From Carcharhinus amblyrhynchos (lineage: Eukaryota): DNA of 64,000 nucleotides. Where the stretch lies: NCBI GenBank assembly GCA_965287045.1, contig OZ336885.1, forward strand, positions 63,860,001 through 63,924,000, given 5' to 3'. Made by a program: the position numbers and the translations under genes. The notes under the pieces are model-generated. The model was not told the origin of the DNA, did not search any database, and saw nothing but the letters and a program-made list of their open reading frames with translations. Positions 29,932 to 43,322 of this stretch are shown piece after piece (position 1 is the stretch's first letter; every line of letters begins with the position of its first letter).

Positions 29932-30774
29932 TGTGGCCAAATGGGCCATCTAAAATGGAGGTTTGTAAAACAATCTGGACAACTTGGTAAAAACTAAAAA
30001 GGCAGACTGTAGTTTAAAGGCAAAGACAAACAGGCTGCAAAAATGACGAAAGAATAAACAGGATATGGTTCATCTCCACAATGAAAGAGACATTATGGTC
30101 ACACTGTGTTGTTCCATCCCCAGGATGAAAGAGATGTTCAAGGCACACTGGGTTGTGGAACAGACATAAGGGCACCGTGACCCGTTATTTAGGAGGAAGG
30201 AATGTGACTGATGTGCCTCTAGCAACTACAGACATGGCCACTGGGGACACACCCAGAGATGGGTGTCATAGCACCTGATTGGATTCTTATCGATCAGGGG
30301 AATCATGTCCTGATCAATTGATTGGCTATGGGAAAAAGGGGCGTGTAACCAAACGGCTGATAAAGGGTGCTGCACAACCAGGAATCTCTCTCTCTCTCTT
30401 TCTCCCTCTCTGATCCCACGAACGAGCTACAGCAATGGTGACCATCGACAGCGAAGACCAGCACAAGGAGAGCCATCACACTCGACAAGGAAGGAAGGAA
30501 GTCCGGATTCAGAGTGCCAGACCAGACCAAAGGACCAGGCTCCGCAGACGACTACCAAGGCCAGTAAAGATTTATATCTGATTGGGTACTTGTCAGTCAC
30601 GCAAATTTAAGTCGAGGTGTTGAACATGAATGTTAGTATTTTCTGTAAGGTAACTTATTGTTGGACGGGTGGGTGACTATTGATTTTGTGGGTTTAAATA
30701 AATATTGCTTTTACTAACATGAAATCTACTCGTCCACTGTATAAGGGTTACAACAAACTGTGTGGCAGGCAATA
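29932..30774 (+). repeat. 3' LTR of the ERV
   Basis: Starts with TG after the PPT, homologous to the 5' LTR, carries an extra internal duplication of about 44 bp and a (CT)n expansion. Confidence 0.88.
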
Positions 30775-32169
30775 CCCTATTATGTTATTTAGATGAATAT
30801 TTAACATTGTTTTCCCCAAACCATGCTTGACACGTACAGTGTAACAGTTGGCTGGCCAGGTTTCGTTTCATTAACCTTTTGTTCCGTGCAACTGAGCATG
30901 TTGTGCTCATAACAGAGAGTAATTAAGATTCAGAATCATTGCCCTTGCACGCCTTATTTCTTTGTAATGAGCATGGTTATAGCATCTTTTATTTTCATTT
31001 ATTTGGCTAGGTCAATTGCACGCTATCAGTGGCAATGAATTTAAATCCGAATCGAGCAATGGATTTTAGTCTCCTTTTTCAGAGATGTTAACACATGTCC
31101 CATTTCCAGTACATTGCTCATCTGTATCACTAGTGCATTCCCTGCCAAATGTACGCTGCATTTTTATCTCTCCCGAATCCATCGTAAACTTGCTAGCAAA
31201 GTTACTATAATACATGTGTTCCATCGATCATTTCAATCCACTGTGATCCCAAAACCTTTGAAAGATTGTATATTCACAGTCTGCGAATTTCAATTACATA
31301 ACTGCCCAATCGTTGTTTTGCTATGATATACGCATACTCGACATCATCCAAAAAAACAAATTAATTCAGGTAGCAATTATGGCTAACACTACCCTTTCAT
31401 GATTTCACCCAGGCTACGTCGTTCTGATATGCCACATCAAAAAAAAAACAGAAACGCCATGATCAAATACTATACAAATATTATAAAAATACCAAAAATA
31501 AGTTGAGACTGTCACTGAACATCTGCATGAATTCAACGACTTCTCCTTGAATGTTTAATGTATACATGTTGCAGAAACTGACATCATCATAGAAAAATCC
31601 TCTCAAAAAACCGTTGACTTTTCTCCTCCTGTGCAAGGCAAACTTCGGCACTGCCTTTCCATCTCCTCACTGCATTGCACACAAAATGATTTGTAACCAG
31701 TTGTGTTAGTAGATTGACATTCTGACAGATACACCCTGGCGTAAATCGCCCAAAATACACAACAATTGATACAACGAATGCAACTTCAACCACAAGGTAA
31801 CTGATGACAATAGAGGCACAATCATTCAGATCTGACGCTTATACAAGATTGATTTTTTTTCTTCAAAACTTATATCTGCAGCATCATACATACCGGAGCT
31901 CATCAATGATAAGAGATAAGTGATCGCAATACGATAATTTTCACAACCGCTAATCGGAAGTAAAAAATCACTGCCATATTTGTCCAGTTACATTGCAGTA
32001 TGGTCACAACCAACATGTCAATGGAAACTGGGAATCCACAACATAAACAATGACCGAATCATAATCGTGTAAATAATTGTAAATCATCTCACATACATGT
32101 AATGTGTTGTTAAAGGAATCAACAGGGTATATTTATTGATATGTGACCAGGATATTTTTTTAATCAATA

Positions 32170-33290
32170 AGTGGAAAGCCCAAGAATGCAGGGAGCTGAA
32201 TGGTCCTGATTCCGGGGAATAAATATGGCCAGGTTGTTCATGCGCTGTTGTGTGAGCATTTTTGTAATAGGGAGCACAACATGGTCCAAATTATGGACAA
32301 GTAAGTTGACCAACTGCAGAAAAATAAATCGGGAGAGTCGTCTTAAGTTAAATAGGAAAGGGTCGGAACATGATGAACTGGGATACATCCTCTAATTGGA
32401 CTTTCTGTGTAAGAGCTTTGGAGGTCATTAACAAAAACACAAAGGGACGCGCACGCCAAACACGTTGCATAGGATGAAACTCAGAAAACGGTGGGTGTTC
32501 AGAAATGTTTCGGGTAAAATGAGAGAGAAAAGAAAGTTCGAAAACTATTAGGAGAGCAAAGCAGTGGAGGCACTAGTTATGAATTGACCATTCACGTTGG
32601 AGAATACAATTTGTAAAGCTAAGATCGAATGTGAAAATTGTCTGGCTTGTAAATGTAGGGTTCATCCAAGATATTGCTCAAGTATACCAATAGGAAGAGG
32701 ACCACTTGGGGTAAATTTGTGCCCATTTGGAACTCAGGGGTCAATCTGAGCATGACGCTAGAAGGCATTGTTAGAGAATTTAATGAATACTTCACATCCA
32801 TCATCACCCAACTCAAGGAGGAATATTGTACGAAATTCTGAGAGAGGTCCTGTGAGGTTCTTGATTAAATCGACAGAGGTAAGGGCAAAGTATTTGAGGT
32901 TGTGGCATCATTAAAGCTGGATACACCTCCAACGCCAGACGATTTGTGCTCTAGGCTATCGGGTGGCAATTCTGTCGATTGTCGACACTATAATCCAATT
33001 CCACTCAATCGCGGGGGAGGTGATAGACGACTGGCGTTTCACGATTGAAGAAGGGCAAGAGATAAACTAGCGAACCACAGATAAGTCTGACATCAGTGTA
33101 AGGAAATTATTCGATAAAATCCGAAAATAGAACATGAATCCCCATTTGGAGAAAGAACGCTTGATCAGGGGAAATAAGCATTTATTTGCAAGACGGATTT
33201 CATGCCCAACAAAAATTGTTGATTTTTTTGACGAAGTGATAGAGAGATTATTGAGTGACGGACGGGGTTTGCCGTCCAACATGCAGTGAT
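32170..33290 (+). mobile_element. Decayed CR1 ORF2 fragment (tether to RT N-terminus)
   Basis: Remnants such as LNEYFTSIIT, KGKRDKL..TTDKSD and LIRGNKHLFAR. Confidence 0.7.
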
Positions 33291-33554
33291 ATAGAATCTT
33301 CAGGCGAGACAGAGGTGTGGGGGCGGGGGGGGGGGGGGGGGGGGGGGGGTTTGCAAAAGAGGAGACGACATTGCCTTATGACTTAACAAAACATCCGCTG
33401 CAGTATGACAAGTTGATATCCTGGAAGGGACATTAAATGAAGCCTTATGCGTAGAGTTTATGGATAACAAACAAAGGACAGTTACGCTGTTAGGTGTTCA
33501 TTATAAACTCCCTGTTAGTCAGCTGTGCATTGAAGAACAAATACGCGCGTAATT

Positions 33555-34545
33555 CGCAGTGGAGAGCAAAAATAATAAGAGGGTAATTATAACACGTGAT
33601 TTCAAATTTTGCAACATGAATTCGGATAGACATCATTTTAAGGGCGTAGTTGGAATACAGATCATGAAATGCAAACAACAAAATTACTTCGGTCAATATG
33701 TAGAGGACCCAACAATGGAAGGAACACTCATGGACCTAATAATGGGTAATGAAGCCGGGGGGTGTTGGGAGAGGGAGGCGGGGCTTCTTTCGGTTGCGTA
33801 ATGAAGCCGGGTAGGCAGCTGATGTGTTGGTGGGGGCGGGGGGGGGGGGACACTTTGGTGACAGCGGCAGAAATATGGTTCAGTTCAAAGCATCCATGGG
33901 AAAAGAATTTGACACGTTGCAGAAAAAAACATTAGGACTGGGGAAAGCAGATTTTATAGAAAATTAAGCCGGACCCGGCCAAGGTAGACTGGAACGAGTT
34001 ACTTATGGGAAAATCTGCAGTGCAACAGTGGACGGTGCTCAAAGATGAAATGGGGAGTTCACAATGCCAGCATGTTCCCTTCCGGGCAATAGGATGACAT
34101 AATAAACCCGGGAATGCACGGGTGACCAGAGACATTGAGGGTACAATGAGAAATAAATGGAGTTTCTTGATATACAGGGGAGGGGGGGCGGTGGTGGCGG
34201 GGAGGATTATGTGCTAATATTCATGGAGGACAGAAAGTCCACGATGGAGGTGAATGAACAATCTGGAGAGCTCGGAGGGGCTATAAAAACTTTATGGCTG
34301 GTAAAACTAAGGGAACACCGAAAATATTCTTGAAGGTATTAATGGGAAGAGGATAACCAGAGAACGAGTCTTAAGGACATTTTAGGAATCAAGGCGGAAA
34401 TCTTGGTTGGAGGCAGAGGATCTTGACGCTCTTTTAAACGAATATATCAAATTGTCTTTCCCCTGAGAATGAAGATTTAATTATTGAACTTGGGAGGAGA
34501 AAACGTGAGGCTTCAGAGAAAATACGGGACAGATTGTACATATAA
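33555..34545 (+). mobile_element. Decayed CR1 ORF2 fragment (endonuclease C-terminus and tether)
   Basis: RVIITRDFKF...QYVEDPTMEGTLMDLIMGNEAG. Confidence 0.8.
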
Positions 34546-34547
34546 AC

Positions 34548-36140
34548 CATAGAATTTTTCAGTTCAGAAGCACGCCTTTTGGCGCTTCTTGTCTGTGCCG
34601 AACCATTATTTGCCTAGTCCCACTGAACCGCACTTGCTCCATATCCTTCCATACACCTCTCATCCACGTGCCTTTCCAAGTTTTTTCCTAAATGTTAAAA
34701 AGTGACGCTGCATTTATCAGTTCGTCCAGCAGCTCATTCCACACTCCCACCACTCTGTGCGTGAAGAAGCTCCCCTCGCCCCCCCCCCCCCACCACCACC
34801 ACCCCCGCCGCACAATATTCCCTTTAAACTATTCTCCTTTCACTCTTAACCCATGCGGTCTGTTTTTTTCTCTCCCCTAGCCTCAGTGAAAAAAAAAAAC
34901 TGCTTGCATTTTGTCTATCTATACCCACCAAAATTTTATACACCTTTATCAAATCTCCCCTCATTCTTCTACGCTCCAGGGAATACAGCCCTAATCTATT
35001 CATTCTCTCTCTGTAATTCAGCTTCTCAATTCCCGACATCTTTGTGAAACTTCTCTGCACTCTCCCAATCTTATTTGCATCCTTCCTGTAACTCGGTGAC
35101 CAAAACTGTATACAATACTCTAAATTCAGCTTCACCAATGCCTTATATAGCCTTACCACAAGACTCCAACTTTTAAACACGATACTCCGATTTATAAAGT
35201 TCAATGTACTAAAAGCACTCTTGACAACCCTGTCCACCTGAGACGTCAACTTTAAGGAATTCTGTACCTGTATCCCCAGGTCCGTCTGTACATCCGCACT
35301 CTTCAGAGTCCTATCGTTTACCCTGTACGTTCTACTTTGGTTTGACCTTCCAAAGTGAATTACCTCACATTTGTCTGCATTAAATTTCATTTGCCATTTT
35401 TCAGCGCTTTTTTCTAGTTTTTCCAAATCCCTCTGCAAGCTTTTAAAATCTTCCTCACCGTCCAGTTCATCTCCAACTTTTATATCATCAGCAAATTTCC
35501 TGATACAATTTATCACATTATCATCCAGATCACTGATATAGATGACAAACAACAACGGACCCAACACCAATCCCTGCGGGACACCATGAGTCCTAGGCCT
35601 CCACTCAGAGAAGCAATCCTCCACAACCACTGTCTGGCTTCTTCCATTGAGCCAGTGTTAATCCAATTTATTCCCTCCCCATACCTAGCGATGAACCTTC
35701 CTAACTAACCTCCCATGAGGAAACTTATCAAAGGCCTTGCTAAAAAAAAACAGGTAGACAACATCCACCGCATTCCCTTCATCCACGTTCCTGGTAACAT
35801 CGTCGAAAAATTCTAGTAGAATGGTCAAACATGACCTACCACGCACAAAGCCATGTTGACTCTCACGAGTAAAACCATGCCTATCCAAACGTTTGTAGAT
35901 CCTATCCCTTATCACACCTTCCAATAACTTGTCCACCACCGATGTCAAACTCACTGTCCTAAAATTTCCTGGATTTCCTTCAGAACCTCTTTTTAACAAC
36001 AGAAGAACATGAGCCACCCTCCAATAATTCGACATCACCCCCGTACATAATGACATTTTAGATATGTCTGCCAGGAACCTGCAAGTCCACTACTAGCCTC
36101 CCTCAAGGGCTGTGGGAATATCCTGCCTGGACCAGGAGAA
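34548..36140 (-). mobile_element. Younger CR1 LINE (RT domain and 3' UTR) nested in an older CR1
   Basis: 268-aa ORF with GVPQGLVLGPLLFVIYISDLD, KFADDIKV, LEYCIQFWSP; 123-aa ORF with NFRTVSLTS, SQHGFVRGRSCLT, SKAFDK. Confidence 0.95.
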
Positions 36141-37475
36141 AATGTACCTCCATTTGGATAGCAAAAATTTTATCATTAATTGTCAGCATGGTTTTGTCAG
36201 AGTCGTCATATCAAACAAATTTGATTGATTTTATTTTAGCACGTGAACAAGTTTGTGGATGAGGGTACTGTGGTTAATGTAGTTTGCTTGGACATCGGCA
36301 AAGCCATCGACAAAGTCGCACATCGTGGACTTAGGAGGTTTAACGCAAATTGGATACAGGGTAATCAAATGAGGTGGATTCATATTTTGTTTAGCGATAG
36401 GAGTCAGTGGTGTTGACAAAATGGCTTATTTGATGACTGGGAGCCAGTGAACAGATTCGTACCACAATAAAGAGCCTTGCTGCCTCCTCTATTGTTTGTC
36501 ATTTATATGAAATACATAGATGACTATGTGGGGGCAGGGGGCGGGGGGGGGGGCGGTTGGTGGTGGAATCGGATCAGTATGTTTGCTCATAACCCCGGTC
36601 AGATGCTTAATAGTGAGTTTGAGGGTAGGGAAGTTTGAGGATAATATAAACCAGATGGTTTAACTGGGAAATGGAATTTAACCCCGATCATTGTGAGGTG
36701 ATGCACTTCGGAAGGAGAAATTTTACAAGGAATAGTGCCGTGGAAAATCTATGAAAGAAAAGTTCCATAGAACAAAGTAACCTTGGCGATTTTGCCTATA
36801 TACCTCTGAAGGCTGGAATGCTGGCTAATAGTGGAGTGAACAACGGCATACACCAGACCGGCCTTGATCAGTCCAGGTATAGAATACTAGCACAATGATG
36901 CCATGCTCGTTTTGTCTCGATCTTTGCTGAGGCTGCAGCTGGAGTGCTATGTGTAGATCTCGTCACCACAATATAAGAATGGTTTTAACGAACTTCAGGG
37001 GGTGTAGCGAAGATTCACGAGGATGATTCCTGGGATTGAAAATTTAAATTGAACAGAAATCTTGGATCGGCGTGGGCTGTTTTCCCTGAAGCAGAGAACA
37101 ACGAGCGGCACCTGATTGATTTATTCAACATGATGAAGGGCATGAACAGGGGGCAGGTAGCAGCTGTTCCCTTCAGTTGAACCGTGAGTTATGACAGGAC
37201 ACAAATTAAGGGAGGAGGTTTAGGGGGGATTTGAGGAAAAATCTTTTTTACTCAGAGTGGTGACGGTCACGAATGCACTTAGTGGGAGGGTCGTGGAGGC
37301 GGGATGCCTCATGTCATTTAAGGTTGAGTTCTCGAAACGTCGTAATATTGTAAGCTATGGGCCAAGTGCAGACAATTGGAATAAGGTGGACAGGCTAGGG
37401 TCTTGCGTGCATCGATGTAGGCCTGATGGGCTGAAGGGCCTCTTCTGCTCTTTGGGATTGCATGATTCTGTGGAT
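36141..37475 (+). mobile_element. Decayed CR1 RT and 3' end
   Basis: NCQHGFVR, DIGKAIDKVAH, LECYV, and a CR1 3' UTR (cctgatgggctgaagggcctcttctg). Confidence 0.85.
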
Positions 37476-37644
37476 CTGTGGTTCTCACGATGTGACGGGC
37501 AGCAATGCCGCCGCCTATGTAGTGTATATGGATTTCAGCAAATTCTTTGAACAGGTGCATATGGGAGACATGTAAAGCAAGGAAAACACACAGGATTCAG
37601 GGAAATTTAATGCAATAGACTCAAAATTGGCTCAGCTGTAGAAA

Positions 37645-38207
37645 TTGTGTGAAGTCTCACACTACCAGCTAAAAATCCAACAGGTTGGTTTGGTACCAGA
37701 AGGGTTCAGACTGTTGCTCCATGTTCAGGCGAGTAAGATTTGCGCTCACAACCAGAGAATACAAAGATGCAAAGCCAATTTACTAGTTAATGATTGGAAT
37801 GAGAGTCTTTACAACTAATAAATCTTTCCAGGTGCAGACAGTCCGAGTGAGTGACTGTTAAGAGCAGGATAAAGTGGTGTGAATTGACTCAAGCAAGGAC
37901 AGATATTTTTAGAGATATTTTACAAGCCCAGACAAGTCATGGTGGTTGCGTACTGTGTCATGAATTCAAGATCCTTTTTGAGACCGTCCTCATGCCTGTG
38001 GAACGTGGTTATCAATTTCTGCTTGTCGATTCTGTGATGTCGTATGCTGTGAAGACCACCTTGGAGAATGCTTACCCGAAAGTCAGAGGCTGAATGCCTG
38101 TGACTGCTGGCGTCTTCTCCGACAGGCAGAGAACCCTCTTGCCTCGTTATTGTCGAGGAAGTTTATTCATCCATTGTCATAGCGCCTGCATGGTGGCGCC
38201 AATATGC
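37645..38207 (-). mobile_element. Penelope-like element 3' fragment (GIY-YIG endonuclease)
   Basis: Minus-strand conceptual translation across a stop and a frameshift: IGATMQAL*QWMN...TITRQEGSLPVGE...HSASDFRVSILQGGLH...QKLITTFHRHEDGLKKDLEFM. Confidence 0.8.
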
Positions 38208-38850
38208 TGACAAACCAATCTGTTGGACAGATAACTCGCAGATGAAATTTTACTCTGAAAACTGTCGGGTAATAGATAATGAAAGGAATACATTTACGAG
38301 GAACTTTTCAATGAATGAGAGGTTCCCAGGACTTTTTGTGCCACAACATGATCTGACATGTTTATTCAGGGATCTCTGAAAGTGGAATGGCATCTTAGCA
38401 GGATGGTGAAAACGCTACACTGGACTTTATTAGGTGAGACATATAGATTACCTAAAAAAAAACACTCCTTTGGAAGTTGGAGAAAAGTTTGGTTCAGCCA
38501 CAGCTGCAGTACTGAGGTCAACTCTGAAGGACAAATAGAACTGTTGGAAGGGGTGCAGAGTAGATATATCAGAATGCTATTAAGATGGAAAATCTAAGTT
38601 ACGAAGAAGGTTGCATAACATTTTTTGGAGTGCAGGAAACTGAGAGGAAACCTGTTCAAGTGTACAGGATTATGGGAAACCAGGAAAGGTGGCTAAAGGC
38701 CAGCTGCTCACCTTATTTGAAGAGTTACTGACAAGGGGACATGAATTCAAAGTGAACGGTGGGGTGGAGTGGGTCGGATGAGTGTGTCGGTGCAGTATCG
38801 ATGAGCTGAATGGACTCCTTCTGCACTATTGCATTCTATGTTCCTATGTT
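38208..38850 (+). mobile_element. Decayed CR1 3' fragment
   Basis: LLEGVQSRYIRML and the CR1 3' end. Probably continues the short CR1 piece at about 37550-37640. Confidence 0.75.
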
Positions 38851-40544
38851 TCCAGGGCAAATGAGACAATGGGACACCTTAAATGTCGTCAATGTATTTT
38901 GATAACAACAACAATGTCATTGGTTGAGTTGGCGCCAAAGAGAAAGTAAGGGTTTGGGTATTCCAAAGGGTGGTGTGGTGGGTGAAGCGCTATAATAGTG
39001 CATGTTGAGGGACGATGGATTTGGGAAGATTTCATTACGTAAATAGACACTTAGGAGATGCACCAACTCCTTTTTGATGAAACAAAACACATGTTTTTTG
39101 AACATACCTGAAGTCTTTCAGGCATAAGTAATCCATGTCTTAAGCCTGAATGAGTGCCATAAATTGGACCTTATTTGCACAGTTAGCACTTAACATGTGT
39201 TTTGAGATTCCCAAAATTATACCTCACAGTTGAAAAACTTGAATGGTTTGTTACTCCTTTGGGTTGCTCTTCTTTCAGATAATTATAAGGAATTGATGGA
39301 AAATGCCACTTAATTCATTCATTAATTATTTGGGCCCAAAGCCTGCTCACCTGGCAACGTAATGGCATTCAATCCAGTGAGATTGTTTATTCTACGGACA
39401 GCAGAACACCCCTGATATCCCGATTGAGTGGCCCTTAGAGGACAACTCCTGTCTGCAGGTGACTGCATAGCTTTTGCATGACAATCATCTCCTTGGGTTG
39501 TTTATAGGCATTGCCTTTGCAGGATGTTTTGAGACAGAAGTAACTCCACACTTGTGTTTGAAACTCCCAGCCTTTTTGTTTGAAAGCATTGCCTCCGTTC
39601 CCACCTGTATGTCAGAGATCGAAGCTTTTTTGATCATGATACTAAAAGTCTTGCAAGATTGCTTTACTATAAACACTGCTTGCTTCAACTGAAAAAGACT
39701 TGATGACATTGCGAAAAGATCTTTAAAAGTAGATTTGTTCAGGCAAACCGTATGGTGAATAATACTATTCTAATGACAAAACATTTAATAACAAGTGAAG
39801 ATCACGCAGGTTAAATTTAAAATGGCCTTTTGCGGGTTTCTCAACAATCACATTAGGGAAGTAAAACATGTGCAAGTAATGTCTCTCAATTGGAAAAAAA
39901 AACTTGGAGCAAGCTAAGTTCAGCAATGAAATCCTTCAGTTTCGTTCCACACCGACTTGAACTGTATGTGAAGGGAATATGCAAGTTGGAAAAATTTTGA
40001 TATATTTTTAAAATGAACACAAGCAGACTGGAAATGCTAGCGACCCCAGAAACGTCAGGCATTTGCGTTTGAAAAATACTTAACTTGCAATACACTGCCC
40101 AAAGAGAATGACAGGAAAATTGCAAGGCAACTACATGACTTCATAGCTATGCTTTGGCTCAGCGGTTTGTACTTGTTCTGTTCTAAAATAAACTGTCCAA
40201 ACAGTTTTTGGCTGCCCTGCAATTGAGGAGTTGGTTTGAATGCCTCGGTGATTTTACGTGTTATGTTGTTGGTTCCCAGGGCTTGCAGATTAGATCAAAA
40301 TTATGTCATTTCGTTGTCAGTAATATGGATTGAGGATATGCACCAGAAAATGTTTCCATCATTCAAACTGTCACAAATTTTCAAATAATTCCTCCTTGTC
40401 ATCAATACTCCTGAGTGCGTTATTCGTCGAAATAACTACCGATTTCAAGAGCCAGCAAACTTTATAGGGTGCTTAATATAATCTGGTAGGATGTCGTGTG
40501 CGTTTAAAACCGAGGCTCCAGTGCGTCTGTATTGAATAAATAAA

Positions 40545-42980
40545 GAGTCATAGAGGTTTACAGCATGGAAACAGGCCCTTCGGCCCAAATTGTGTGTGTT
40601 TTGTTTTATTTAATCCACTAAACTAGTCCCAGTTGCTGCATTTGGCCCATGTCCGACTTAACCCACCTTGTCAACTGTCTATACGGTTTTTAAAAGACAC
40701 AATTTTCCCTGCCTCTGTTACTACCTTTGGCAGCATCTTCCAAATATTCACCACCCTCTGTATGAAAAAAAGTCCCTCTGGACACATTTGTATTCTGTCA
40801 CCTTAAACCTTTTCGACAGACGCCGCGAAATTTCGGTAAACAATATTGACGATCAACCTAATCTATGCCCCTCGTCATTTTATAGAACTCTATTATATCA
40901 TGCGCCAGAAAAAAAAAGTCCCAGTATATCCTGCCTCTCCGTGTAACTCAAAGAATCCTAGTAAGTATCGTCTGCATTACTTCTAGTTTAACAATGCTAT
41001 TTCAGTAATGGGTGACCAGAACTTCACGCATTATTCAAAGTGTGGCCTTACCAATGTCTCGTACAATTTCAATAAGACGCTCCCAATCCTGTATTCAGTG
41101 TTATGGCCAATGAAACCAAACATGCTGAATGCCTTCTTCATCAGTCTGTCCATCTGTGACTCCAGTTTCAAGGAGTTATAAAGCTGTACTCCTCGATCTA
41201 TTTGTTCAGTAATTTTCACAAACGCCCTATCATTAACTGGGTAAATCTTGCCCTAGTGCAATCTAACAAAATACATCACCTTGCACTTATCTCAATTAAA
41301 CTTCATCTTCCATCGGACAGCTCGTTGGCCCAATTGATCAAGGTCCGGATGCAATCCGAGGTAATCTTCTTCACTTTCCATTATAGCATCAGACTTGTTT
41401 TCATCTTCAAACTCAAAAAGCGTGCCTCCGATATTCTTAGCCAACTCGTAAATATAAATGACAAATAAATGTGCACACATCACAGATCCCTGAGACTCAT
41501 CGTTCGCCACATTTCTCCAGTTTGAAAAAAAAAGTAATCCTCTACAACCACTTTGGCCTCTGACACCAAAGAAATTTCTATCCATTTGCCTAATTCACCC
41601 TGCATCCCATGAGTTTTAATCGTATGAAATGACCTATCATGTGGTACTTTGTTAAAGGCCTCGCTAAATTTCATGTCGACAACATCAACTGCACAGCCTT
41701 TATCTACCGTTTTGGTTACACTTTCAAAAAACTCAATCAATTTTGTGAGGCATACTTGTCCACTCACAAAGGTATGCTATCTGTCCCTAATGAGTCCTTG
41801 CATATCAAAATGCCTGTAGATCCTGTCGCTAAAAAATATCTTCCAACAACTTCCCCACCACAGATATGAGGCTCACCGGCCTGTCGTTCCCAGACTTTCT
41901 TCGTGGCAGCACTTTTTAAAGCAAAGGCACAATATGTGCCACCCTCCGATATTCAGGCAACTCACCTGTGACTTTCGATGATCGAATAACTCTGCTAGGG
42001 AAGCCGCAATATCCTCCTTAGCCTCCCAAAATGTCCTGTGTTACACTTCATCATTGTCCCGGGAATCAATCTACCTTGGTGCACTTTAAAACTTCCAGTA
42101 CCCGCTCCTCTATAATATGCACCTTCCACAAATCATCACTATTTGATTCCACAATTCTGTATCAGCCTTGCTCTCCATTCCAACAGGAATGTGCTTACCT
42201 AGATCCCTGGTTATCACACTTTTGAAATCCTACCATGTTGCTTCCCCACAGACTCCCCCAACTTACTTTTGAAACTTCCTGCCTGATGCCTTCAAAATTC
42301 GCCTTGCCCCAATTTAGAAATGCAAGTCTTGCCCAGACGTATGGTCTTCATATTTAACTGAAAACGAATAGAATTATGGTCACTGGTCCCAAAGTGATCC
42401 CTCACTAACACTTCTGCATTTGTTCTTTCTTATTTACCAAGAGAAAGTCAATATTTACCCCCTCTCTAGTCGGGCCATCCACATACTAAATGAGAAATTC
42501 CTCCAGGATTCATTCAAATCATTTCTCTCCATCCAACTCTCTACTGCTGTGGCTGTACCAGTTAATGTTCAGGAAGTTAAAACCACCTTCTGTTAGCACC
42601 CTATTTTTCAAGTAGCTTTGTGTAATTTTCTTAAGTATTTCTTCCTCAATTTCCCTCTCCTTTGCAGGGGGTGGGGGGCGGGGGCAGCTGTCATAGTACC
42701 ACTCTATCATAGTGATTTTGCCCCTCTTCTTTCTCAGGCCCACCCATAAAGACATAGTGGACATACCCTCAGAGGTATCCCCTCTCAGTACTGTCAAGAT
42801 ATTTTCTCCAATCAAAAGTACAACTCCCCCTCCTTCCATACCTCTTGTTCAACCTTTGCTACAGTAAAGGTACCCTGGAATATTGAGCTGCCAGTCCTGT
42901 CCCTCCTTTAGCCATGCTTCAGCAATTGCTATAAAATCCCCGTCTCACGTACCCATCCATGCTTGAGTTCATCTACCTGA
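40545..42980 (-). mobile_element. CR1 LINE, decayed endonuclease, RT and 3' end
   Basis: EGGGVVLLIGEN, GGFNFLNINW, CLTKLIEFFE..VDVVDMKFSEAFNKVPH, LYETLVRPHFE. Confidence 0.92.
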
Positions 42981-43286
42981 TGAACTCAGGGCTTGGATGG
43001 GAATTCTCATAATGACTGAGACTTCTAACTTCCTGCTTGATCAGTGTGTGTGTGATGTCCGTTATTGAACTATTTTCTTTCAAATTGAATATCTTTAACA
43101 ATTAGTGTCGATGGGCCAAGTACGCAGAAGCTCTTTACTTAAAGCATGAACTACTGTGTTTGTTTGAATTTTGACATTGATGTGTTTGCCAATAAGGGAA
43201 GGCGTAAAGAATGTTAAATTACAACTTACATTATTTTTCGATATAAATTATAAATGAATGTCTTTATTTTATAGTTATTTTCTCAC

Positions 43287-43322
43287 CCAAGATTTCCAAT
43301 TTGCCGTTGAGTTCTTTTATTT
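43287..43322 (-). CDS. Coiled-coil micro-exon F (36 nt, phase 1-1): (E)IKELNGKLEIL
   Basis: ttcttgcactgattttcag|AAATAAAAGAACTCAACGGCAAATTGGAAATCTTGG|gtgaga. Clear 3-4 hydrophobic spacing. Confidence 0.75.

Larger units (their letters stand above)
25809..30774 (+). mobile_element. Decayed non-autonomous endogenous retrovirus / LTR element
   Basis: Two homologous LTRs of about 800-840 bp, PBS directly after the 5' LTR, polypurine tract aaagggggga (29921-29930) before the 3' LTR, near-matching 4-bp flanks cccc/ccct. The 3.3 kb internal region has no intact ORF. Confidence 0.9.

Noticed and set aside
31409-31423. 15-nt minus-strand candidate exon (E)RRSL
   Set aside because: Weak donor (gtgaaa), and alone it would break the otherwise continuous F-G heptad register.
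39108-39690. Minus-strand exon-like segments near 39108-39145 and 39351-39689
   Set aside because: Wrong phase or internal stops, and no coiled-coil character.
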